In this document: piece by piece, positions 1 to 8,166 of the stretch | Layout: each line of letters opens with the position of its first letter | How positions within the stretch are numbered: the stretch's first letter is position 1 | NCBI GenBank assembly: GCA_964194535.1 | Contig: CAXMMX010000069.1 | Location: 1 to 49,598, forward strand | Source: an uncultured Alphaproteobacteria bacterium | Lineage (GTDB): Bacteria; Pseudomonadota; Alphaproteobacteria; Rhizobiales; Methyloligellaceae | Length of the DNA stretch: 49,598 bases | Direction: 5' to 3' | Position numbers and translations under genes: made by a program | Notes under the pieces: generated by a model | Seen by the model: the letters and a program-made list of their open reading frames with translations, nothing else | Database searches by the model: none | What the model was told of the DNA's origin: nothing

Positions 1-213
1 CTGATCCTCGCCATGGACGCGGCGAACCACGCAACGCTGCTGGCGCTTGCGCCGCAACAATACGCTGAAAAAATCCGGTTCTTTCTTAACGATACGCCTG
101 ACAGCCGCCAGCGCGAGGTTCCCGATCCCTACTATGGCGGCGAGGATGGGTTTGAAGATTTGCTCGATCTCGTCGAGGAAGGGTCGCGTGCGCTACTCGC
201 CCGGCTCACCTAG
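1..213 (+). CDS. low-molecular-weight protein-tyrosine phosphatase, C-terminal part (5' end outside the window)
   Basis: The frame is open from nt 1 to TAG 211-213. The sequence ...REVPDPYYGGEDGFEDLLDLVEEGSRALL carries the DPYY acid loop and C-terminal helix typical of LMW-PTPs. Confidence 0.7.
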   Translation: MILAMDAANHATLLALAPQQYAEKIRFFLNDTPDSRQREVPDPYYGGEDGFEDLLDLVEEGSRALLARLT

Positions 214-738
214 ACGATACGCACGTTCCACCACATAGGGGCCGCCGCCGCGCGACTCGCGCGCTGAATAGAGATTGAAGCGCGCGACGGCAAAGCCGGG
301 CGAGAGAAATGCGCCATTATGCTCAAGATATTTTGCGACATCTGACGCCCTTCCACCCCGCATCCGCGCTATAGTTACATGGGGGTGGAAGTTGCGTCCT
401 TCAGGCTCAAGGCCCGCTGCGAGCGCTGCCTGCTCATGAGCATTGGACAGCGCCATAAGCGGCGCACTCAGGCCAACCCCGGCCCAGACGGCGCGCGGGC
501 GTCCGCGCCCGAAGCTGCCAACGCCATCGAGGATAAGCGTGAAAGGTGCGGCTGAAATCTGCGCCAGTGCGTCTGAAAAGCGCTCTGCCGTGGCCCCGTC
601 GACATCGCCGATAAAGCGCAGCGTAATATGATAATTATCCGGATTGACCCAGCGCGCGCCTTCAAGGCCGCCCTTGAGCATGGCGAACCGGTCTGAAATT
701 TCGCGCGGGATTTCAAGTCCTGAGAAAAGTCTCGGCAT
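193..738 (-). CDS. thpR: RNA 2',3'-cyclic phosphodiesterase (2H phosphoesterase, LigT/ThpR family)
   Basis: 181-aa ORF with the two H-x-T-x motifs of the 2H fold (HITL and HVTI). ATG at 736-738. It overlaps the phosphatase gene convergently by 21 nt. Confidence 0.85.
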   Translation of the reverse strand: MPRLFSGLEIPREISDRFAMLKGGLEGARWVNPDNYHITLRFIGDVDGATAERFSDALAQISAAPFTLILDGVGSFGRGRPRAVWAGVGLSAPLMALSNAHEQAALAAGLEPEGRNFHPHVTIARMRGGRASDVAKYLEHNGAFLSPGFAVARFNLYSARESRGGGPYVVERAYRLGEPGE

Positions 739-766
739 TGCTGTTGGCAGGTCTTTCTACTGGGTC

Positions 767-1483
767 CTACTGGATCTTTGTCCGGCGCGCGGAAATACGC
801 AGCAAAAGCTTTTCCACGAGGGGAAGCATCTGCTCGACAATTTTCTTCACGCCCTTCGGGTTCGGGTGAAGCCCGTCGGGAAGGTTGAGATCGCGCTTGC
901 CAACCACATCGAACAAAAAGAAGGGGTAGAACAGTATGGCGTGCTTTTTTGCCAGCTCCGGATAAATCGGGTCGAAGCTTTGAGAATATTCAACCCCCAG
1001 ATTGCGCGGCGCAAGCATGCCGGCAAGCAGAGGTTCAGCTCCTTTGGCTTTTATCCGCTTTAACAATTCATCGAGGTTGGCGCGGGCATTGCCCGGATTC
1101 AGGCCGCGCATGGCATCATTGGCACCAAGCTCCAGGATCGCGCCATGTGCGCCTTTGGGGAACGACCATTCAAAGCGTTTGAGGCCCGCGGCCGTGGTAT
1201 CCCCTGAAACGCTGGCATTGACCACCTGGACATTGTGCCCGCGCGCCTTCAGGGCTTTTTCAAGCTCGGCCGGGAAAGTCTGGGTTTCCCTGAGTCCGAA
1301 GCCCGCTGACAGGCTGTCACCATAGGTCACCAGCACAATTTTCTCACCCGCGCGGGCAGAAAACACGATACAGGAGAGAAGGATTACGAGCGCCAGTCCG
1401 TACAAGACCATGCGCGGGCGAAGCGCCCGGACGTCTAACGCACTGGCGCAGATTCCGGCGTGCCTTATCCGGGCCAAATTCAT
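767..1483 (-). CDS. SGNH/GDSL arylesterase-lysophospholipase (TesA-like), exported
   Basis: Contains SGNH blocks GDSLSAG, GANDAMRG and DGLHPN, with a hydrophobic signal-like N-terminus. Start placed at ATG 1483; the track ORF runs to 1624 and ATG 1411 is also possible. It is divergent from a YbbA/YbbP-like ABC pair, as in E. coli tesA-ybbA-ybbP. Confidence 0.85.
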   Translation of the reverse strand: MNLARIRHAGICASALDVRALRPRMVLYGLALVILLSCIVFSARAGEKIVLVTYGDSLSAGFGLRETQTFPAELEKALKARGHNVQVVNASVSGDTTAAGLKRFEWSFPKGAHGAILELGANDAMRGLNPGNARANLDELLKRIKAKGAEPLLAGMLAPRNLGVEYSQSFDPIYPELAKKHAILFYPFFLFDVVGKRDLNLPDGLHPNPKGVKKIVEQMLPLVEKLLLRISARRTKIQ

Positions 1484-1546
1484 GGCGTGAGTGTCTGAAA
1501 TCTTTTTCACGGTTTCTTTTGTACCCCGGCAGTATGGCGATTTGCT

Positions 1547-2290
1547 ATGACACCTCGATATGTGGAGCGGCAGACTTTGACGCAAGATGCTAAATACCCG
1601 GCCATCCGGCTGGAAGACGTTCATGTGACCCTACCGAGCCGAGCGGGCGAGGTTGAAATTCTGCGCGGCGTAAATCTGCACGTCAAGCAGGGCGAGGCGG
1701 TGGCGGTCGTCGGGCCAAGCGGGTCGGGCAAGACCACGCTGATGATGGTGACCGCCGGGCTGGAACGCGCCACCAGCGGCCAGGTTAAAATCGCGGGTCA
1801 GGATTTGACGGGCAAAAGCGAGGATGAGCTGGCCCGGCTGCGCGCCGGCAATATTGGAATTGTTTTCCAGTCGTTCCACCTGGTGCCGACCATGACGGCG
1901 CTGGAAAATGTTGCCCTGCCGCTTGAATTTCTCAATGCGCCGGGCGCCCTTGACGCCTCGCGCCAGGCTTTGAACGACGTAAATCTCTCTCATCGCACGG
2001 ACCATTTCCCGGCACAGCTGTCGGGCGGCGAGCAGCAGCGCGTGGCGCTGGCGCGGGCTCTGAGCGCGGGGCCGAAGATTATTCTTGCAGACGAGCCCAC
2101 CGGCAATCTCGATAGCAAGACCGGTGCAGCGGTCATGGATTTGCTGTTCGATTTGCGCGCACGCTACGGCGCCACCCTGATGCTCATCACCCATGATGAG
2201 AAACTCGCCCGGCGCTGCGGGCGGGTGCTGCGCATGCTCGACGGCAGTTTTGGCAAATCAGCGCGCAAGCGTGCGGGCGCCCCCCTATGA
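1547..2290 (+). CDS. ABC transporter ATP-binding protein (YbbA/LolD-like)
   Basis: Walker [10 protein letters not shown], signature [15 protein letters not shown], Walker [12 protein letters not shown]. Confidence 0.9.
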   Translation: MTPRYVERQTLTQDAKYPAIRLEDVHVTLPSRAGEVEILRGVNLHVKQGEAVAVVGPSGSGKTTLMMVTAGLERATSGQVKIAGQDLTGKSEDELARLRAGNIGIVFQSFHLVPTMTALENVALPLEFLNAPGALDASRQALNDVNLSHRTDHFPAQLSGGEQQRVALARALSAGPKIILADEPTGNLDSKTGAAVMDLLFDLRARYGATLMLITHDEKLARRCGRVLRMLDGSFGKSARKRAGAPL

Positions 2291-4887
2291 GTACCCAAAC
2301 CCTTTCCCCACGGCCTTCCCCGCACCCTGGCGCCAGCCGTGCTTTCACCCTGCCGCTGGTTTTTCGGCTTGCGCTGCGAGATTTGCGGCTGGGGTGGAGC
2401 GGTTTCTCCATCTTCGTTGCCTGCATTGCCTTGGGTGTTGCAGCTATCGCCGGCATCGGATCACTGGCCGGAGCACTGGAGACAGGGCTTGCCCGGCAGG
2501 GCCGGGTGATTCTGGGCGGAGATATCGCGCTTGGGTTGGTGCATCGCCAGGCGAACGCGAAGCAGCGTGACTATATGCGCAAGCTCGGAGCTGTCTCGGA
2601 AGTCGCGACCATGCGGGCGATGGCGCGTGACGAGGAGGGCAAACGCTCGGCGCTGGTGCGCCTCAAGGCGGTGGATGCACGCTACCCGCTCTATGGAGAG
2701 GTTGCGCTGAGCGTGGATGGCGCGCCGCAACCCATGTCATCACTCAAGGCTTCGGGCGTGGTTGCCGTCGAACCCTTGCTGCTGGAACGGCTGGAGATGA
2801 AGGTCGGCGACACGCTGCACGTTGGCAATGCGGGCCTGAAAATCATCGCCGAACTCACCCGGGAACCGGACCAGCTGGCCGGACGGCCGGCCTTCGGACC
2901 GCGCATGCTGATGTCGCTGGACAATCTGGAGGCCACCGGCCTGTTTCAGCCGGGCAGCCTCATCCGCTGGCGCTACCGCATCGCGCTCGACGGCAAGGCC
3001 GGCTCTGACGCGGAGGGACTTGCCGGGGTCGCCAAACAAATCGAGGACCGCTTCCCGGATGCGGGTTTCACCATCCACGACCGCCGCAATCCCTCGCCCG
3101 GCGTCACCCGGGTCGCACGCCACCTGTCGCAATTCCTCACCCTCGTGGGCATAACGACACTGATGATCGGCGGCATTGGCGTGGCCAACGCCATCGCCTC
3201 TTATCTGGCGCGCAAACGGCCCGTGATCGCCGCCTTCAAATGCCTCGGCGCTAGCGGCGGCGTCATCTTCTCAATCTATCTCACAGAAGTGCTTATCCTG
3301 GCCGGGATGGGGACCATTATCGGTCTCGCGTTAGGGGCATTGCTTCCTCTGGGGGTCGCAAGCGCCGGTGCGGGGGCATTGCCCATACGCCTTGCCCTTG
3401 AGCCACAACCCTTCGCTCTGGCGCTGGCAAGCGCCTATGGCCTTCTCACCGCCCTCATGTTCGTGTTCTGGCCCCTCGGCCAGGCGCGCGATTTATCGGC
3501 CGCCCTGCTGCTGAGGCAACAAGTGTCTGACGAGGCATCCCGGCCCCGTAAAAGATACATTTTGCTTAGCATAGCGTGCGGCCTCATCCTTGCGGGAATT
3601 GCAATTGCATCGGCACAGGCGCGCCTTCTGGCCGTACTCGCCTGCGCTGGGCTAGTGGCCGTCTTCTGCCTGTTTCTTGGCCTGGGGTGGCTCATCGAAC
3701 GTATGGCACAGCGTCTGCCGCGCCCGCGCAATGTTTCACTTGCCCTGGCGCGTGCGAGCCTTGCCGGGCCTGGAGGGCTGGCGCGGCCCGTTTCCCTGTC
3801 GCTCGGCGCAAGCCTGTCTCTGCTGTCGGCGGTCGCATTGGTGAATTCATCCTTGCAGAAGGAATTTGAAACCACCATCCCCTCGCAGGCGCCGAGTTAC
3901 TTCATGCTCGATGTCGGCAAGGAGCAGATGGGCAAACTGGAGCAACTGGTCCGTAAACATGAACCCGACACGCTTATTGGCAACGCACCCATGCTGCGCG
4001 GGCGCATTGTGCGCCTTAACGATAAACGCCCCAGCGAAATCAAACCGGCGCCCGGAACGGGGTGGGTGCTGCATGGCGACCGGGGCCTGAGCTATTCGCA
4101 TGAGCTGCCTGAGGGTTCGGAACTGGTGAAAGGCGAATGGTGGCCGCGAGACTATGACGGAGAGCCTCTGGTCTCATTCGAAGGTGAGATCGCGCAAGGG
4201 CTCGGCCTCAAATTGGGCGACACCATCACGGTCAATGTGCTTGGGCGCAATGTGAGCGCCAGGATCGTCAACTTCCGCAAGGTCGACTGGGATTCCCTGG
4301 CCATCAATTTCGTCATGGTGTTCACACCCAACACGCTTGCTGGCGCGCCGCACAACATCCTTGCCACCCTGACGCTTCCCGAACAAACCCGCGTGGCGCG
4401 GGAAGGGGCGATGATCCAGGAGATTTCTGAAAACTTCCCCAATGTCACTGCCGTGCGTGTCCGCGACGCCATCAACACATTCCGTGACATTGCCGAGAAG
4501 GTGATGGCGGCGATTCAGGCCGCAGGCGGGGTGACGCTGATCGCCGGGGCGGTTGTGCTTGCAGGAGCACTCACCACGGCCCATCGGCGCAGGATACGTG
4601 AAGCGGTCATCTTCAAGACCCTGGGGGCGTCGCGGGCGAGGATCGTAAGCGCCCATCTGATTGAGTATGGCGCACTGGCGCTGGTGACCGGCATATTCGC
4701 CGCGGCGCTGGGTACACTGGGGGCATTTCTGGTGGTGAAATTTGCCATGGAAGCAAGTTTTACATTCTCTTCCCGCGCCATCCTCACAGCCATCGCACTG
4801 GCGGTTGGGCTGGTGCTGGTTTTTGGAGCGCTCGCCACCTGGCGGGTTCTGGGGGCAAGGGCGGCAGCCCATTTGCGCGATCGCTAA
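2287..4887 (+). CDS. FtsX-like ABC transporter permease (YbbP-like)
   Basis: 866-aa polytopic protein with two FtsX-type membrane modules and large loops. ATGA start/stop overlap with the upstream ATPase. Confidence 0.85.
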   Translation: MSTQTLSPRPSPHPGASRAFTLPLVFRLALRDLRLGWSGFSIFVACIALGVAAIAGIGSLAGALETGLARQGRVILGGDIALGLVHRQANAKQRDYMRKLGAVSEVATMRAMARDEEGKRSALVRLKAVDARYPLYGEVALSVDGAPQPMSSLKASGVVAVEPLLLERLEMKVGDTLHVGNAGLKIIAELTREPDQLAGRPAFGPRMLMSLDNLEATGLFQPGSLIRWRYRIALDGKAGSDAEGLAGVAKQIEDRFPDAGFTIHDRRNPSPGVTRVARHLSQFLTLVGITTLMIGGIGVANAIASYLARKRPVIAAFKCLGASGGVIFSIYLTEVLILAGMGTIIGLALGALLPLGVASAGAGALPIRLALEPQPFALALASAYGLLTALMFVFWPLGQARDLSAALLLRQQVSDEASRPRKRYILLSIACGLILAGIAIASAQARLLAVLACAGLVAVFCLFLGLGWLIERMAQRLPRPRNVSLALARASLAGPGGLARPVSLSLGASLSLLSAVALVNSSLQKEFETTIPSQAPSYFMLDVGKEQMGKLEQLVRKHEPDTLIGNAPMLRGRIVRLNDKRPSEIKPAPGTGWVLHGDRGLSYSHELPEGSELVKGEWWPRDYDGEPLVSFEGEIAQGLGLKLGDTITVNVLGRNVSARIVNFRKVDWDSLAINFVMVFTPNTLAGAPHNILATLTLPEQTRVAREGAMIQEISENFPNVTAVRVRDAINTFRDIAEKVMAAIQAAGGVTLIAGAVVLAGALTTAHRRRIREAVIFKTLGASRARIVSAHLIEYGALALVTGIFAAALGTLGAFLVVKFAMEASFTFSSRAILTAIALAVGLVLVFGALATWRVLGARAAAHLRDR

Positions 4888-4965
4888 GGCATAATATCCA
4901 TTGACATGGATAGGCACAATTTGTGTTTGTCGAAACAGGAAACTATCGAATTCGGAGTGGCATTC

Positions 4966-5835
4966 ATGCCCGGGATCAAACACGCAAAATTTATGCCGAA
5001 CCTGATTTTCGACATCGGCATGCACAAGGGTGAGGATAGTCAATATTATCTCAAGAAGGGCTTCGACGTGGCGGCTTTCGAGGCCCATCCCGGTCTGATC
5101 TCGGAAACCAAAAAATCATTTGCCAAATTCATACACGACAAGCGTTTACGCATCATCGAGGGCGCCATTGTCCCGGACCCGGGCGTTGAATTTATCGTCT
5201 TCTACCAATATGCGGATCGAACGAAATGGGGAACGATCGAGTCCGGTGTGGTTCAGTCAAGCGCCAAGCGCGCCAAGGGCGTTTCGGAGATCAAGGTGCC
5301 TACGATCGATTTTGCGTCCATACTCCAGCAGACCGGCATGCCCTACTATATGAAGATCGATATCGAGGGGGCCGACATACACTGTCTTGAGGTTCTGAAG
5401 TCGTTCGACACTAAACCGGCATATCTGTCGATCGAGGCGATCGAGCAGGATATCGGCATTCAAACAAAACAGATCGAGCTGTTGTGCGAGCTTGGCTACG
5501 ACCGGTTCAAGGCGGTTCAGCAGGCAAGGATGCACCGCAGGGTCTTGCCGGCCCTCTCGTCGGAGGGGCAAAATGTGGAGCATGAATTCACCAAGGGGTC
5601 TTCAGGACCCTTCGGGAGCGATCTTGGCGGGGTGTGGCGGAGCGCCGATGAAATCCTCGTCGATTATGAACGGATATTCCGGCGTAACCAGCGGGTAACA
5701 CAATCAATTTTCTGGAAAACCGCCCTGATTCGCAAACCCGTGAGGCGCGCCATCGAGTTCTTTGCCCGCTACACAATTCCGGGCTGGTACGATACTCATG
5801 CGCGCCATGGTAGCCATCAACCTCGCATTTGCTAG
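4966..5835 (+). CDS. FkbM-family SAM-dependent methyltransferase
   Basis: N-terminal LIFDIGMHKGEDSQYYL and later KIDIEGADIHCLEVL are typical FkbM-family blocks. ATG 4966 has GGAG 8 nt upstream; ATG 4906 and 4993 are alternatives. The gene looks more AT-rich than its neighbours. Confidence 0.7.
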   Translation: MPGIKHAKFMPNLIFDIGMHKGEDSQYYLKKGFDVAAFEAHPGLISETKKSFAKFIHDKRLRIIEGAIVPDPGVEFIVFYQYADRTKWGTIESGVVQSSAKRAKGVSEIKVPTIDFASILQQTGMPYYMKIDIEGADIHCLEVLKSFDTKPAYLSIEAIEQDIGIQTKQIELLCELGYDRFKAVQQARMHRRVLPALSSEGQNVEHEFTKGSSGPFGSDLGGVWRSADEILVDYERIFRRNQRVTQSIFWKTALIRKPVRRAIEFFARYTIPGWYDTHARHGSHQPRIC

Positions 5836-5954
5836 ACTCTTAATGATGTGATCGGGCACGGCTTGCGTAATTGCCCCGGAATCACCATATTAACTGCCAA
5901 AACCAGGTGTTATGCCTGAAGCAGATTTTCAAACAGTCAAAAGGACACATCACA

Positions 5955-6713
5955 ATGGCGGAATTTGACAGACAGGGATATGCACGCCCAGCGACCGGCG
6001 CGCGCGCGGATGCGCATGCCATCGACCAGGGACTGCGTGCCTATATGCTCCGTGTCTATAACTATATGGCCGCGGGCGTCGCAATCACCGGCGTGGTGGC
6101 TTACGTCACCTTCATGATGGCCGTGGTTCAGACCCCGGCCGGCGCACAACTCACCGAATTCGGAAACATGATCTTCAACAGCCCACTGAAGTGGGTCGTG
6201 ATGCTATCGCCGCTCGGCATGGTGTTCTTCCTCTCCGCGCGAATACAGAAAATGAGCGTCGGCGGAGCGCAAATGGCCTTCTGGGCCTTTGCCGCGCTTA
6301 TGGGCCTGTCGCTGGCATCGATCTTCATGGTCTATGCAGGTGAATCCATTACCCGCGTGTTCTTCATCTCCGCGGCTGCTTTTGCCGGCCTGAGCCTCTA
6401 TGGCTACACTACGAAGAAGGACCTGTCGGGCTGGGGCTCGTTCCTGATCATGGGCCTAATCGGCATCATCATCGCCTCGGTCGTAAACATCTTCCTCGCG
6501 TCCTCCGCGATGCAGTTTGCCATCTCGGTGATCGGCGTGCTGGTGTTTGCCGGCCTCACCGCCTATGACACGCAGCAGATCAAGGAAATGTATTATGAAG
6601 GCGACGGCGTTGCGACCATGGGCAAGAAGGCCATCATGGGCGCGCTGCGTCTCTATCTCGACTTCATCAATCTGTTCTTGATGCTGCTTTCGCTGTTCGG
6701 CAATCGCAACTAG
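5955..6713 (+). CDS. Bax inhibitor-1/YccA(YbhL)-family membrane protein
   Basis: Seven hydrophobic helices. The N-terminus MAEFDRQGYARP...DQGLRAYMLRVYNYMAAGV is typical of BI-1/YbhL proteins. ATG 5955 is preceded by AAAGGA. Confidence 0.85.
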   Translation: MAEFDRQGYARPATGARADAHAIDQGLRAYMLRVYNYMAAGVAITGVVAYVTFMMAVVQTPAGAQLTEFGNMIFNSPLKWVVMLSPLGMVFFLSARIQKMSVGGAQMAFWAFAALMGLSLASIFMVYAGESITRVFFISAAAFAGLSLYGYTTKKDLSGWGSFLIMGLIGIIIASVVNIFLASSAMQFAISVIGVLVFAGLTAYDTQQIKEMYYEGDGVATMGKKAIMGALRLYLDFINLFLMLLSLFGNRN

Positions 6714-6735
6714 CAACTGCATAGGCGCGAAATTC

Positions 6736-6776
6736 AAACGGGCTCCGGTTTAATCTCCGGGGCCCGTTTTCTTTTT
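6736..6776 (+). terminator. Rho-independent terminator after the BI-1 gene
   Basis: AAACGGGCTCCGG / CCGGGGCCCGTTT stem of about 13 bp including one G-T pair, with an 8-nt loop, followed by TTTTCTTTTT. Confidence 0.8.
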
Positions 6777-6808
6777 GAATCAACGCCGGTTTCCGCTATT
6801 TTTTCGAC

Positions 6809-7357
6809 ATGAAGCAACCTGTAGTGATAATCCGGCAGAGCATGGATGCGGACGTGCCCCGCATCACGGAGATCTATGGCCGGTCTGTTACGGAAGATAC
6901 CGCCTCCTTCGAATTTGAGCCGCCCGATGTGCCCGAGATGATGCGCCGCCGGTCCGCCCTGCTGGATGCGAGCTTCCCGTACCTGGTGGCGGAATTGGAT
7001 GGCCGGGTTGAAGGCTATGCCTATGCCGGCGCCATCCGCCCACGCCCGGCCTACTCCTTTACAGTAGAGAGTACGGTCTATGTCGACCCGGATATTCAGC
7101 GCAGCGGCGTTGGCCGGGCGCTCATGAAAAGGCTTATCGAAGAGTGCACCGCGCGAGGGTACCGCCAGATGATCGCGATTATCGGCGGCTCGCAACATGT
7201 GGCCTCAATCGAGTTCCACAAAACACTCGGCTTTCAAGATGCGGGAATCTTCAATTCGGTCGGCTACAAGCATGGCAACTGGCTTGATACCGTGCAGCTG
7301 CAACTTGCATTGGGTCCGGGCGACACCTCACCGCCTGACACGGTTCCAGGCAGCTGA
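6809..7357 (+). CDS. GNAT N-acetyltransferase (phosphinothricin acetyltransferase-like)
   Basis: 182 aa. The acetyl-CoA motif QRSGVGRALM and overall PAT-like layout (ITEIYG...SFE...P). Confidence 0.8.
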   Translation: MKQPVVIIRQSMDADVPRITEIYGRSVTEDTASFEFEPPDVPEMMRRRSALLDASFPYLVAELDGRVEGYAYAGAIRPRPAYSFTVESTVYVDPDIQRSGVGRALMKRLIEECTARGYRQMIAIIGGSQHVASIEFHKTLGFQDAGIFNSVGYKHGNWLDTVQLQLALGPGDTSPPDTVPGS

Positions 7358-7363
7358 ACCTTC

Positions 7364-7792
7364 TTACGCCGGCACCAGCCGCAACGTGCGGTCGATCGCC
7401 CTCAGCACCTTGTTCAGATCGTGGCCGCGCTTCACAATAAGCCCGGTTGGCGCAATCACCGAGTAAGCGCCCTGACGCCGCGCCAGGCGCGGGTCTTTTT
7501 CAATCCTGTACAAAGGGTATTCGCTGGCCCGGCGAAAGACGCTAAAGACGGCCTTTTCGCGGAGCATGTCGATGGCGTAATCGCGCCACTCGCCTTCGGC
7601 AACCTTGCGGCCATACATGCCGAGTAGCTGGTTGAGTTCACGGCGATCAAAAGAGATGGGGGCCGGATGGCCTCGCCCGCCTCTGATTTTGTGCTGCACG
7701 GACTTGCGTAAAGACGCCGCCCTGCGTGGAAGATGTATGGGTTCACTATCGCTCAAAGCGCGCCTCCAGACTTGCAATTGACCGTGCTGCAT
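7364..7792 (-). CDS. DUF2794-family protein (conserved alphaproteobacterial hypothetical)
   Basis: The C-terminal 100 aa (ISFDRRELNQLLGMYGRKVAEGEWRDYAID...YRIEKDP...) matches my memory of DUF2794 proteins. Start set at ATG 7792. Confidence 0.65.
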   Translation of the reverse strand: MQHGQLQVWRRALSDSEPIHLPRRAASLRKSVQHKIRGGRGHPAPISFDRRELNQLLGMYGRKVAEGEWRDYAIDMLREKAVFSVFRRASEYPLYRIEKDPRLARRQGAYSVIAPTGLIVKRGHDLNKVLRAIDRTLRLVPA

Positions 7793-7890
7793 ATAATCCC
7801 CCACACCGGCCCTGAATTGCAACCCTCACGGCAGATTACCCTTCTGTAACAATATGAAACATAAATCACACTTCCGCCCCAGTTAAGCCC

Positions 7891-7917
7891 TTGCGCCGCC
7901 GCAAACTTTGGTATTAT
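7891..7917 (+). promoter_or_regulatory. sigma70-type promoter for the candidate sRNA
   Basis: TTGCGC (7891-7896), a 15-nt spacer, then the extended -10 TGGTATTAT (7909-7917). Confidence 0.4.
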
Positions 7918-7923
7918 ACCGAG

Positions 7924-8088
7924 GTTATCTCTTGGTTTGTGTCTGGTTGAGACTTCGGAATCTCAGCCCCCCAGCCCCCCCGGGGTCTTCTCTTCGAGAC
8001 AAGCCACCCTGTGAGTATTTGAGTATTCAAATACAGGGTCTGAGAGATGGCATGGACGGGCCGGGCATTTGTCCGGCCCGTTTTTTTT
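7924..8088 (+). ncRNA. candidate small RNA (about 165 nt, family unknown)
   Basis: It lies between its own promoter and a strong intrinsic terminator, in a gap between divergent genes. Internal hairpins are GGTTGAGA-CTTCGGAA-TCTCAGCC and CCCTGT..GTATTTGA-GTAT-TCAAATAC..AGGG. There is an unpaired C-rich tract, CCCCCCAGCCCCCCC. The only ORF here (7908-8096) runs through the terminator. Confidence 0.45.
8056..8088 (+). terminator. Rho-independent terminator of the candidate sRNA
   Basis: ACGGGCCGG (8056-8064), loop GCATTTGT, CCGGCCCGT (8073-8081), then T8. Confidence 0.8.
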
Positions 8089-8115
8089 GCTTTTGATATA
8101 TCCTGCAATCCACAC

Positions 8116-8144
8116 ATTGATTCGGGCCGGGCAGAGCCCATTTC
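8116..8144 (+). promoter_or_regulatory. sigma32 (RpoH)-type heat-shock promoter of htpG
   Basis: ATTGATT-N13-GCCCATTT compares well with the E. coli sigma32 consensus CTTGAAA-N13/14-CCCCATNT. It sits about 25 nt upstream of the htpG start. Confidence 0.45.
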
Positions 8145-8166
8145 GAATATCCGGCGCTCATGAGAA

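Noticed and set aside
5836-5954. A possible ybhL-leader RNA motif, known from alphaproteobacterial BI-1/YbhL 5' UTRs.
   Set aside because: The gene context fits, but I only see a weak hairpin (CGGGCA...TGCCCCG) and cannot recall the motif consensus well enough to call it. It needs an Rfam RF00520 scan.
7908-8096. A 62-aa ORF in the DUF2794-htpG gap.
   Set aside because: It starts inside the putative promoter, has no RBS, and reads straight through the intrinsic terminator stem and T-run. The region is better explained as a non-coding RNA.
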